A stretch of DNA of 64,000 nucleotides from a virus, in the IMG/VR virus record IMGVR_UViG_3300036791_000264, positions 1 through 64,000 of that record. One strand, 5' to 3'. Positions 46,210 through 54,271 of this stretch are shown here, piece after piece. The first letter of the stretch is position 1. The number at the start of each line of letters is the position of its first letter. Both the position numbers and the translations under genes were made by a program. The notes below the pieces were generated by a model, which searched no databases, was not told the DNA's origin, and worked only from the letters and a program-made list of their open reading frames with translations.

Positions 46210-46667
46210 CAGGGCCACACCATCGTGGGGCGAACGTCGATCAGCTTGAGCCGGTACCGGCTGTAGGGCACCCACACGGGCTGACCGGTGCGCTCGATCT
46301 CCTGGAGGACGGCGTAGTACTGGTCGTAGCGGCGCCGGTAGCGTGCCCGCACACTCAGGTACCAGATGGCGTAGATGGGCAGCACCAGGAAGATGAAGAC
46401 GGCGTCGACCCCGGCGAAGACAGCGGCGCTGCCGGCTACGATCAGGAAGCCGGTGTACCACTTGCTCCAGAGATCCTTCTGGTTCTGCATCAGGCCCATG
46501 CACCCGAAGGGGTCCATGTAGCGGCCCAGCTTCTGCTTGCCCTTGACCAGGCGGTACGAGGGAGCCGGCGGATCCGCAGAGCCGCGTAGCTGGGACCAGT
46601 AGTCCTGAGAGTCCAGCAGGTAGTTGGCGTACTTCGGATTCGGCTGCGGTGGTAGTTGGTTTGCCAT
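46209..46667 (-). CDS. Membrane protein (2 TM)
   Basis: Leaderless ATG 46667 behind TGG-TATACT; hydrophobic GFLIVAGSAAVFAG and AVFIFLVLPIYAIWYL. Confidence 0.65.
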   Translation of the reverse strand: MANQLPPQPNPKYANYLLDSQDYWSQLRGSADPPAPSYRLVKGKQKLGRYMDPFGCMGLMQNQKDLWSKWYTGFLIVAGSAAVFAGVDAVFIFLVLPIYAIWYLSVRARYRRRYDQYYAVLQEIERTGQPVWVPYSRYRLKLIDVRPTMVWP

Positions 46668-46673
46668 GTCTCT

Positions 46674-46682
46674 AGTATACCA
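46674..46682 (-). promoter_or_regulatory. Extended -10 leaderless promoter
   Basis: TGgTATACT, 6 nt, ATG 46667. Confidence 0.65.
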
Positions 46683-46715
46683 CAGTTCGCTCATACATGT
46701 GGGAATGAACACGAG

Positions 46716-46740
46716 GGTGGGAGGGGTCAGCCCTCCCACC
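46716..46740 (-). terminator. Hairpin terminator
   Basis: GGTGGGAGGG-gtcag-CCCTCCCACC 10-bp stem just downstream of the 46751 gene. Confidence 0.65.
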
Positions 46741-46750
46741 TCCCATGGGT

Positions 46751-47026
46751 CTAGTAGTCCTCGTCTTCGTCTTCGTCCTCGTCCTCGTCGTCTGGATCCA
46801 GTTCGGTCCAGCCCCTGGCTGAGCCGATCTGGTCTCCGACGTAGTAGACGTGTGACTTGAAGGGGTTGATGGCCTTGTCGACCATGTCCTTTTGCTCCAT
46901 GACTGCTTCCATGGCTTCGGCCTCAGTGACCGGCTGCTCGCTGCCGTTGTAGTAGTTCTCCATCAGGTAGCGGACCACCTGGCTGCGGCTGGTTGTTTCC
47001 TCACCTCCGAGATAGCGCTTGCTCAT
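46751..47026 (-). CDS. Hypothetical protein with acidic tail
   Basis: GGAGGTGA RBS, ATGA overlap; ends DEDEDEDEDY. Confidence 0.7.
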   Translation of the reverse strand: MSKRYLGGEETTSRSQVVRYLMENYYNGSEQPVTEAEAMEAVMEQKDMVDKAINPFKSHVYYVGDQIGSARGWTELDPDDEDEDEDEDEDY

Positions 47027-48483
47027 TTCTCACCTCCCCTGTACTGCTCTAGTTGAGTCGGGCAGGAGCGCATGCTGGCGCCGATGGTGGCGATGTCATG
47101 GATGAACCGGTCGGTGAAGTGGTCATCGGCGGTGGCATGGGTGAACTCGTGGATGATGAGGGCGTCCAGGGTCTCCTGGTCGACCCCATCGGGCCAGCCC
47201 TTGCCCAGGTGTCGCAGGTAGAAGGTGACCGTGCCATCACTCCAGGACGCCGGGTAGCGCTTGCCCCCGGTGCCGCAGTTGGTGGGCATGAACTTGACGT
47301 CTGGCTTGTACCCCAGGATGAAGTGCCCCACCTCCTGGACGTACCCGGCCACCGCATGCATGCCTTCGGTCCACTGCTCCACCGGGATGGGCGGGATGCC
47401 GTCCGGTGAGGTGGGAACTTGGGTCTGGATGACCTGGCCTGCCGGCTTGAAGGTCTCTCGCTCCCGTATGCGGTCTCGTATGTCACCGCTCAGGGACCGA
47501 CTGTGGATGATCGTGCGGTTCTGGTCGACGGCTCGCTTGGTGGCCTCCCAGTTGGAAGGGTCTGCGATGACAGCGTCCTTGCCGTAGGTGCCCACCATGA
47601 CTGAGTCGAACGCTTCGTCAGTGGCAATGGCAACGACGTCCTTGACCCAGGTGGACTTCTGATCGACAGAGGTCAGCAGGTCGAAGGTGGAGTTGAGCAT
47701 GATCTCCCGCAGCTTGCGGAGGTACGCAGGCTTGACGTTGTCACGGGCGCTGTTGAGGGGCACCTTCTGCCCCACGTTGATGTGGAACCGTCCATCGTGT
47801 TCCACCACCGGGATGCCTAGCTCGTAGATGTAGGGCCGATTGCCGGCTGCCTCAAACAGTTCGACGCTGGTGAGGCGCCTGGTGTCGCGCATGTTGCCCT
47901 CGGCGTCCCAGATAACGGTGTCGAGGGTCTCTTGTGTTGTCCGCACTGGCTCAGTCCGCTCGATGATCTCGTCGTTGAACTTGAAGACCACACCCTTGGG
48001 CACGATGATGGCCCGCATCAGGGTGACGAACTCAGCCGCCTCGGTCTTGTTCAGCTTGAGCCTGGCCTCCAGGATGGTGCCGTGCGGTGTCTTGGCTGCC
48101 TCTTCGACGCGTCCTGCCTTGGTGAAGCGGACACTGCCCTTGGTGGAGGTGATGGAAAGTAGACCGCCGTCGACAGCAATGGCAATCAGTTCCTTCTCCC
48201 CCTGGCCGAAACGGCCACGAGCCTCAGGATCCTCGCGCCGGTTCGATGCTGCGAACAGAGTCCAGGCGTCCTTGAGATTGGTGAACCCATCGGGGTCGTT
48301 GTCCTTGATGACGAGGTCAGCCCAGCCATCCTTCTGTGCGAAGGTGACCAGGACGACGTCGGTGTGGGTGTCGAAGGCGTTGGACAGACCTTCAACCAGG
48401 ATGCGCGGCTTGCCCTTGTTCTGCAAGGTTTGCCGGTACCCTTGGATGTCGATCTCCAACACCTGGGTGGTGTATTTAGCCAT
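47023..48483 (-). CDS. GHKL (HSP90/MORC-like) ATPase with C-terminal HExxH metallopeptidase-like motif
   Basis: EGLSNAFD (N box), IKDNDPDGF (G1), RGRFGQGEK (G2), HGT (G3); ALIIHEFTH. Start ATG 48483. Confidence 0.8.
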   Translation of the reverse strand: MAKYTTQVLEIDIQGYRQTLQNKGKPRILVEGLSNAFDTHTDVVLVTFAQKDGWADLVIKDNDPDGFTNLKDAWTLFAASNRREDPEARGRFGQGEKELIAIAVDGGLLSITSTKGSVRFTKAGRVEEAAKTPHGTILEARLKLNKTEAAEFVTLMRAIIVPKGVVFKFNDEIIERTEPVRTTQETLDTVIWDAEGNMRDTRRLTSVELFEAAGNRPYIYELGIPVVEHDGRFHINVGQKVPLNSARDNVKPAYLRKLREIMLNSTFDLLTSVDQKSTWVKDVVAIATDEAFDSVMVGTYGKDAVIADPSNWEATKRAVDQNRTIIHSRSLSGDIRDRIRERETFKPAGQVIQTQVPTSPDGIPPIPVEQWTEGMHAVAGYVQEVGHFILGYKPDVKFMPTNCGTGGKRYPASWSDGTVTFYLRHLGKGWPDGVDQETLDALIIHEFTHATADDHFTDRFIHDIATIGASMRSCPTQLEQYRGGEK

Positions 48484-48601
48484 GTGTACATCATAGCATG
48501 TCACATGTGAAGAGTGTTGGCAGCATGTGGACAGATTTGTGTGACACACGTCACACCAAGGGTGCTCACACCTAACTGCTCACTCTGATATGCTATCAGT
48601 C
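48484..48601. promoter_or_regulatory. Divergent extended -10 leaderless promoters with a central CRP/GlxR-type palindrome
   Basis: Minus TGcTATGAT (48498-48490) 6 nt before ATG 48483; plus TGaTATGCT (48586-48594) 7 nt before ATG 48602; TGTGA-cacacg-TCACA at 48540-48555. Confidence 0.7.
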
Positions 48602-49144
48602 ATGGCAACTACCACACCCAAGCCAGACATCCGGTTCATCGTTGATGTCAGGCCAAGAAAGTACAGTGACCACGGTGGCCTTGAGGCCGTGGCCTACCCA
48701 ATCATCATGGAGGGCGGCAAGATCCGCAACTGCTCCTGGACGTCCCTGACTAACCAGGGTGCTCAGTACGCAGACCTTCGCGTCGAGGGCTGGGTCGACC
48801 GGGACTCGGGCAACAAGGAGGACTTCTACTACGGCTACGAGCCGCTGGAGTATCGGGAGGTTTTCACCTTGACCCTGCCCAGGGCTGAGGTCATGGTGAA
48901 GACTCTCCGGAGTCTCAACAAGAAGGTGGAGGCCCTTAGCAACAAGTTCGGTCGACCCACTGACTTCGCCGGCTTCCTGGGCTATCTTGCCATCGCAGTC
49001 GGCGGTGACGGCACGGCCATGTTCGCTCGCAAGACGAGTGGACATGGCTGGACCCACGACGAGTGCGAGTACCGCTGGCTGGATGTCGACGGTCTCCGGT
49101 ATTACTTCCAAGACGAGCTACGCAAGTGGAGAGGTGATGACTGA
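48602..49144 (+). CDS. Hypothetical protein
   Basis: Leaderless ATG 48602. Confidence 0.7.
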   Translation: MATTTPKPDIRFIVDVRPRKYSDHGGLEAVAYPIIMEGGKIRNCSWTSLTNQGAQYADLRVEGWVDRDSGNKEDFYYGYEPLEYREVFTLTLPRAEVMVKTLRSLNKKVEALSNKFGRPTDFAGFLGYLAIAVGGDGTAMFARKTSGHGWTHDECEYRWLDVDGLRYYFQDELRKWRGDD

Positions 49145-49457
49145 AGTCCACACCTACGAAGACGAGTTCCCCAGGCATCTTGGCCCGCCTCCGGTCCCCA
49201 ACGGGACCGGGGCCAAGCTGCACGACACCACCAAGCCCACCTACCTCCTCCAGATTGACTCTGGAGCCTTCATGGCTGTGTGGGAACACATGGAGGCTGA
49301 GGCCAAGCATCGCTTCCCTACCAATGGCACCTACGCTCACGTTCGCGCCTACCTCCGGGCTGTGGCCGCGTTCCGCCATTGTTACTGGGCCAACCACGAG
49401 GCCCCGGAGCCTCCCAAGCCATCAGTCCGCAAGCTGGTGAGAAGGGCACGCAAGTGA
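49137..49457 (+). CDS. Hypothetical protein
   Basis: GAGGTG RBS, ATG 49137. Confidence 0.6.
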   Translation: MTEVHTYEDEFPRHLGPPPVPNGTGAKLHDTTKPTYLLQIDSGAFMAVWEHMEAEAKHRFPTNGTYAHVRAYLRAVAAFRHCYWANHEAPEPPKPSVRKLVRRARK

Positions 49458-49654
49458 GTTACGACAAGTACATCGCATGGCGTCGACTGACCAACAATGG
49501 CCGGCGTGGCCGGGACGAGATGTCTCCGGAGTCCCAGGCTGAGTACGACAGTCATGGCTTCCAGGAACTATCGGCCCCTGACTTTGAAGAGGCCAAGCGC
49601 GCCTACGAGGAGGTCACGCGACGTTCTGACCCTGGATCCTCTTCATCCTCTTGA
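49454..49654 (+). CDS. Hypothetical protein
   Basis: GTGA overlap with the previous gene. Confidence 0.5.
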   Translation: MSYDKYIAWRRLTNNGRRGRDEMSPESQAEYDSHGFQELSAPDFEEAKRAYEEVTRRSDPGSSSSS

Positions 49655-50060
49655 CCGGGTCGTCCATGTGCGCCGGGTTCTTGATCTCGGCATCCTTGGT
49701 GACGTGGTAGGCAGCCTTCTGGAAGTTCGCCACCATCCTGACGTAGGACTTGCTCTGCCCCCAGGGTGACTCCGGGTAGTGGGTGGAGCGGTCTAGGTAC
49801 GCCTGTTGAGGCTTGGCCTCCTTGTCAGCCCAGCCGCCCAGGAACCGGTGGGGGCCAGTTAGCCGCTTCCCCTTCTTCTGCTCCGCATACGCCTGGATGT
49901 CCCGCCCGGTGGTGCCACGCAGTGGCTGCTTCTTCTCGCCCTGGAGGTCTGACACCATGTACCCGCTGGTGGGTCGCTCCCCGGTGTGTACGTTGACCGA
50001 GAAGCCGCCCTTGCTGCGTAGCTCACCACTGAGGCCGCTGAACTGACGAGGACTAAGCAC
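49614..50060 (-). CDS. Hypothetical protein with N-terminal LSPRQF tag
   Basis: GGFS...G..PTSGYMVS...FLGGW...YLDRS...QKAAY; GGTGACC (50102) / TAGCCT (50072) promoter, leaderless GTG. Confidence 0.7.
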   Translation of the reverse strand: MLSPRQFSGLSGELRSKGGFSVNVHTGERPTSGYMVSDLQGEKKQPLRGTTGRDIQAYAEQKKGKRLTGPHRFLGGWADKEAKPQQAYLDRSTHYPESPWGQSKSYVRMVANFQKAAYHVTKDAEIKNPAHMDDPVKRMKRIQGQNVA

Positions 50061-50145
50061 ACCCCAAGGCTAGATCTGCCAGCACTGCCCCCCTGGGTCA
50101 CCGAAAACTGAGGGTGTGGGAGGGGGATCTGGGTAGTACCTAGAC

Positions 50146-50349
50146 ATGACTCAGCCTGTCCAGCCCCGCTATCGCTGGACCGTATCGGAGCCGGTGTCTC
50201 TCCTGCTGCGAGTGGTGGCCGTTGCCTGCGTGATTGCCATCCTGCTCGTCGGTTTTATCGTGCTGAGTGACAGCAAGGTGACCGTCGACCGCGTCGCCAC
50301 TGGCTTCATCTCAACTGGTGTACTGGGGGCGATTTTGATCATCATCTAG
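50146..50349 (+). CDS. Small membrane protein (2 TM)
   Basis: Two hydrophobic segments in 67 aa. Confidence 0.55.
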   Translation: MTQPVQPRYRWTVSEPVSLLLRVVAVACVIAILLVGFIVLSDSKVTVDRVATGFISTGVLGAILIII

Positions 50350-50603
50350 TCAGGGATGACGTTCTCCAGCATGCCCAGGCTCGCCTCTAGCTGGAGGCGT
50401 AGCTCTCGTAGCTGATCGAGTTGGTTCTCCCGGTTACCGGCAAGCTGTCGGTACCGGGAGATGCTCGCGCCCATGGTCATGACCGTGGTGTCGATCTCGT
50501 TGACGATCTCTGGCTCCCGCAGGGAGGCTGAGCGGTCTCTGGCCCTCTTCCAGTAGCCAGTGTCACGCCTGTCTCGTCGCCAGATTTTAAGAGCCGACGC
50601 CAC
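50346..50603 (-). CDS. Hypothetical protein
   Basis: 85 aa, helical, overlaps the upstream gene. Confidence 0.55.
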   Translation of the reverse strand: MASALKIWRRDRRDTGYWKRARDRSASLREPEIVNEIDTTVMTMGASISRYRQLAGNRENQLDQLRELRLQLEASLGMLENVIPD

Positions 50604-51450
50604 TGGCCTTGTTGCCCACCCTCACCAGGCGCCGCCTGGGAAGCTCAGTGACGGTAGCTATGGGTTCGTGCTGGCTGCTCCTGCCAGCACCGGCAGCTAC
50701 GAGCTTCCGTACTCGCTTGGCAGGAGTCTTCGGCTTGGCCTGCTCTCGCTCCTTGAGTCGCTTGGCTCGTGCCCTCTCCAGGCTCCGCTGCTTGGCCTTG
50801 TCAGCCGCCCTGGCCTCCTTGGACCCAGGTGGCAACCCGTCCTTCCTGGGGCGCCCACGAGGTCGCACAGACCCCTCTGGTCGGTTCTTGGCGGCTCCAG
50901 GCGGCGGTGTGGAAAATGCTGTCTTGGTGAAGGCGTGTCGAGGACCGAACTTTGTCCGGGATCCAGGGCTGTTGAAGTCCAGGGTGGCCTTGGACTCGGA
51001 CTCCAGGGGGACCGCCGGCAAGACGTACTGAGGGCTGGGCCTGGTCTGCACCACGATCTTGAAGCTGGTGTTAGCCAGGGCCAGGGCGTCCTCGACATGC
51101 ACCGGCAGCCCGTTCGTTGGCCCGGTGTTGAAGATCGAGTCAGCCCACGCCTCGACGTCCTCCTGGGTCTTGATCTGCTTGTTCAGCAGGGCCTTGACCC
51201 GTACCCCTAGCTTCTCTAGCTGGGGGATGGTGTCAGGGAAGGCTTCCAGCAGCTTGACGGCACTCTGTCGCAGCTTGTCGACCCGCTCAGGGTCAGACGA
51301 GTACTCCATGCCAGGCCAGATGACGGCAGTGTTCTTGAACCACGTCCAGGTGTCGTCGTGGAACACCGGGATGTAGCCCACACGCCCCAGCTTGATGGTG
51401 CCATTGAAGCCTGCGATTTTTTGCCAAGCCTCAGTTTCGTTCAACTCCAC
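50587..51450 (-). CDS. Hypothetical protein with AT-hook and basic tail
   Basis: RPRGRPRK and a Lys/Arg-rich C-terminus; start placed at GTG 51450. Confidence 0.65.
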   Translation of the reverse strand: MELNETEAWQKIAGFNGTIKLGRVGYIPVFHDDTWTWFKNTAVIWPGMEYSSDPERVDKLRQSAVKLLEAFPDTIPQLEKLGVRVKALLNKQIKTQEDVEAWADSIFNTGPTNGLPVHVEDALALANTSFKIVVQTRPSPQYVLPAVPLESESKATLDFNSPGSRTKFGPRHAFTKTAFSTPPPGAAKNRPEGSVRPRGRPRKDGLPPGSKEARAADKAKQRSLERARAKRLKEREQAKPKTPAKRVRKLVAAGAGRSSQHEPIATVTELPRRRLVRVGNKASGVGS

Positions 51451-51784
51451 TCTCCAGATCACTAGCTCTAGCAACGGTCTCATGCAAGTTCCGCTCTAGG
51501 GGTGAGTCGCTCAGGATACGCGGAGCCTTCCCACGAATCCAGACGCCTAGCGCGAAGGCATGATGTTTTTTCCGAAGCATAATACCCAGGCCACGCCGCC
51601 AGGGTGGGGTGATCTCTCGGGTGAGGGCTATGGAGAGGCGCCGCTGGTGGGGGTTCGGCTGGCCGCTCCAGGTGTAGAAAATCCACCAGGACTTGGTGTT
51701 GTCAGGAACTGAAGAGGCGTCGGGCAGGCTGGGTAGTACCCAGTCGTTTTCCTCCGGATCTCGGCTGTCGGGGTGGATCTCCAA
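51431..51784 (-). CDS. Hypothetical protein
   Basis: EITPPWRRGLG...ALGVW pattern; start uncertain. Confidence 0.55.
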   Translation of the reverse strand: MEIHPDSRDPEENDWVLPSLPDASSVPDNTKSWWIFYTWSGQPNPHQRRLSIALTREITPPWRRGLGIMLRKKHHAFALGVWIRGKAPRILSDSPLERNLHETVARASDLESGVERN

Positions 51785-51890
51785 GAACCTTTTCGTTCTC
51801 TGCTAGGGCTTCATCGATCTGGGCTAAGAGAGCGTCAATCCGCTCATTCAGCACAGGGGCTTTTTTCGGCGGATCGCACTTTTTCGGCAT
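51702..51890 (-). CDS. Small protein with Pup-like core helix
   Basis: RIDALLAQIDEALAENE versus Pup TDDLLDEIDDVLEENA. Confidence 0.5.
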   Translation of the reverse strand: MPKKCDPPKKAPVLNERIDALLAQIDEALAENEKVLGDPPRQPRSGGKRLGTTQPARRLFSS

Positions 51891-51892
51891 GG

Positions 51893-52375
51893 CTACTCAA
51901 TGCTCCCCCAGCCTCCGCGTCCATACGGGTAAGCGTTCAGGACGGCGTTGATGTACCTCCCAGGACTCTCCACTCGCTTGAAGCGGTTCCAGATCCTGGG
52001 GGGCACATTTTCGTAATGCCAGGGAGTCCCGTCGCGAAAAATAACCTCCAGTTGTTGCCGATTGCGGGAATACCTGGCTTGCAGCGTCCGGGGCCTAGGA
52101 GGGTTGATCGTCCTCGTCGGCCAGTAGTAGTCCCAGGCCGGATCCGGTGTGGGGCCGAATGGGCCTTGTGTGCCGTGTGGCTCCTCGTCGGAAACCAGGG
52201 GGAAATCCTCAGGCCGCACGTACTGGGGGTGCAGCCTGAGCATGGCATTACGGGCGCGCTCCTCCCGTGCCTGGGAGTAGCTGTCGTAACCGCGGGCCTT
52301 CTCCCGTTCGTTGCGTACTGCGAAGTAGCTGATGCCCCTCCGGGTCGCCTCGCCCCGGATGGACTCTCTGGGCAT
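51893..52375 (-). CDS. KTSC domain protein
   Basis: ARYSRNRQQLEVIFRDGTPWHYENVP..IWNRF...SPGRYIN. Confidence 0.8.
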   Translation of the reverse strand: MPRESIRGEATRRGISYFAVRNEREKARGYDSYSQAREERARNAMLRLHPQYVRPEDFPLVSDEEPHGTQGPFGPTPDPAWDYYWPTRTINPPRPRTLQARYSRNRQQLEVIFRDGTPWHYENVPPRIWNRFKRVESPGRYINAVLNAYPYGRGGWGSIE

Positions 52376-52379
52376 GCTG

Positions 52380-52688
52380 CTAAGGGGCGGTCAGGCCAGG
52401 GATGGAGGGTCTCATGACCGGCACCTGTGCCCCAGCCGAGTTCAGCACGAATGCCTTCTGGTCGGTCCAGCCTCCGAAGGGGTCGACGGCATTGATCGTG
52501 ACCCAGTTGCCGGGGCTGGCAAGGCCGGGGTACGGCGGGATCGAGGTGGTCATGTTGATGAGGTCGGGGATCGGCCCCACGCCGGGGAATACAGAGTTCG
52601 GTACATAGGGAGTGCCAGGCGGGTTGGGAGCAGTCGGCATGCTGCCGCCGCCTTGTGCCGTCCAGGCCCTCCAGTCCGCTACGCCCAT
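52380..52688 (-). CDS. Pro-rich hypothetical protein
   Basis: GAAGGA RBS. Confidence 0.55.
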   Translation of the reverse strand: MGVADWRAWTAQGGGSMPTAPNPPGTPYVPNSVFPGVGPIPDLINMTTSIPPYPGLASPGNWVTINAVDPFGGWTDQKAFVLNSAGAQVPVMRPSIPGLTAP

Positions 52689-52689
52689 G

Positions 52690-53031
52690 TCATCCTTCTT
52701 TCACTCGCATCACGGGGGTGCCCTTCATTTGGGCCAGTCTGGCTCGGACGAGGTAGAGATCCTGAAGCACCCCGTCGATGATGTCGATCTGCCGGCCTGG
52801 GTCGGTTTCCTCCACCATCTGGTTCAACTCGCCCAGGACGTTTCTTGTCCGCTGATCCCAGGACAACATCGGCACCTTGGGCTTGACGGCCCGTGCTTGA
52901 TGCTCCTGGTCGAAATGGGCCTGGACGTCGGTCTCGATGGAGGTGTTGCAGAGGTAACACCAGCCCTTGAGTACCTGGGTGTCAGACACGGGATCAAGCC
53001 TAGGTGGTCGGGGTGGCGCGACCTGGGGCAC
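52690..53031 (-). CDS. C2H2-type Zn-finger protein
   Basis: WCYLC...AHFDQEH. Confidence 0.55.
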   Translation of the reverse strand: MPQVAPPRPPRLDPVSDTQVLKGWCYLCNTSIETDVQAHFDQEHQARAVKPKVPMLSWDQRTRNVLGELNQMVEETDPGRQIDIIDGVLQDLYLVRARLAQMKGTPVMRVKEG

Positions 53032-53038
53032 TTAGGCT
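53003..53038 (+). promoter_or_regulatory. GGTG-class promoter for the tagged-effector operon
   Basis: GGTGGTCGGGGTGGCGCG at 53003, TAGGCT at 53033, GTG start 6 nt later. Confidence 0.65.
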
Positions 53039-53044
53039 TGAGGC

Positions 53045-53314
53045 GTGTCCATCCCCTTCTCAACCAAGCAGTTTGAGAAAAAACCCAACCCGAAAATGCC
53101 CCGCACCACGGTGCGTTTAGACAAGCTCGACGCCACCCAGGGCAAGCTCGATCAGAAGAAGGTTCAGAGCATCGCTCAGAGGGGGGCTGACGATGGCACT
53201 GACCCGATAGTGGCCCCGTTCAAGGGCAGGTATCGAGTCCTCGACGGCCACCACCGAGTGGCCGGCGCCATGGAGCGCGGTGACACCAAGATCAAGGTCA
53301 AGAGGGTCAAGTGA
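53045..53314 (+). CDS. Stand-alone ParB/Srx-like domain protein (FSTKQF tag)
   Basis: VRLDKLDATQ...KVQSI...PIV...YRVLDGHHRVAGA...IKVK. Confidence 0.8.
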   Translation: MSIPFSTKQFEKKPNPKMPRTTVRLDKLDATQGKLDQKKVQSIAQRGADDGTDPIVAPFKGRYRVLDGHHRVAGAMERGDTKIKVKRVK

Positions 53315-53517
53315 AGAAGCCGCCCCCAGGCCGCACGCCTAGGGCCACGAACATCTCCAGCTTCTACGACGGCGCCAACGGTTCCCGTCACCCTGGTGAC
53401 TGGCCCACGCTGCTGCGTCGTTCCTGGGAGGAACGCTTCGGCCAGACCCAGCCCTACCCGCACGCGTCCGACAACATCGAGAGCCGCGGCGCCAGAGCCA
53501 GTCAGTACACGAGTTGA
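53311..53517 (+). CDS. Hypothetical protein
   Basis: Overlaps both neighbours by 4 nt. Confidence 0.55.
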   Translation: MKKPPPGRTPRATNISSFYDGANGSRHPGDWPTLLRRSWEERFGQTQPYPHASDNIESRGARASQYTS

Positions 53518-54035
53518 GCGTCGTCCTGGTCGCCATCGAGGGGGTGCTGGGGGAGAGCAGTGTCATCCACGGCTTCTATCCCATCCCGGACGGGGTCAAG
53601 CTGGCCCACGCTCTGCGCTCGGGCTACCGCCTGCACTTCAGCAGTGTCCAGGCCGGCGCGGAGGCGGTTGAACACTGGCTGCTGATCAACGGCATGAGCC
53701 AGCCGGCCTTCTACGAGAACTTGATAGTCAGGGACTCAAGATGGACCGATTTGTCCGATTCCATGCTCAGGGCAGAGCATGCCGCCCACCTGAGGCGCAC
53801 GGGGGTTGACCTGGGCTTGGTCGTGTCCGGAGACCCCGCCACCATCCTCCTGGTGAGCGAAATGGGGGTGCCGGCGCTGCTGTTCACCAACCCCACCTAT
53901 CGCTGGGGTGAGTACCGGCCCGACAAGAAGAGGATGCCCAAGCCCTGGCAGGACATCGATGACGAGATGGTCCGACAGATGGAGCTAAAGGCCGGTGATC
54001 CCCGGCTCAGGGAGTACGAGGGAGAGCAAGTATGA
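53514..54035 (+). CDS. HAD-like protein, degenerate motif I
   Basis: VLVAIEGVL (for hhDxDG); PIPDGVKL..AL; VVSGDP...GVPALLF. Confidence 0.6.
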   Translation: MSVVLVAIEGVLGESSVIHGFYPIPDGVKLAHALRSGYRLHFSSVQAGAEAVEHWLLINGMSQPAFYENLIVRDSRWTDLSDSMLRAEHAAHLRRTGVDLGLVVSGDPATILLVSEMGVPALLFTNPTYRWGEYRPDKKRMPKPWQDIDDEMVRQMELKAGDPRLREYEGEQV

Positions 54036-54268
54036 GCATGGAAGCCCTGTCCAACAAGCAGTTCAACACCGAGAAGTCGATGCTGTCCCAGGGCAACGAG
54101 GACGAGCTTGCCACCAGGGTCCGCGGCATCCAGAACCTGACCTCCAACGTCTTCCGGCCCGCCTTCTCCTCCGACTACACCAAGGTTCACTCGATGCCCT
54201 CTGGCACCCAGTTCGGTGAAAACCGCCAGATGTCAGAGGGCATGGCAGAGGGAGAGGAAGAGGAGTGA
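54032..54268 (+). CDS. Small protein with ALSNKQF tag
   Basis: 78 aa, ATGA overlap with the previous gene. Confidence 0.65.
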   Translation: MSMEALSNKQFNTEKSMLSQGNEDELATRVRGIQNLTSNVFRPAFSSDYTKVHSMPSGTQFGENRQMSEGMAEGEEEE

Positions 54269-54271
54269 GTC

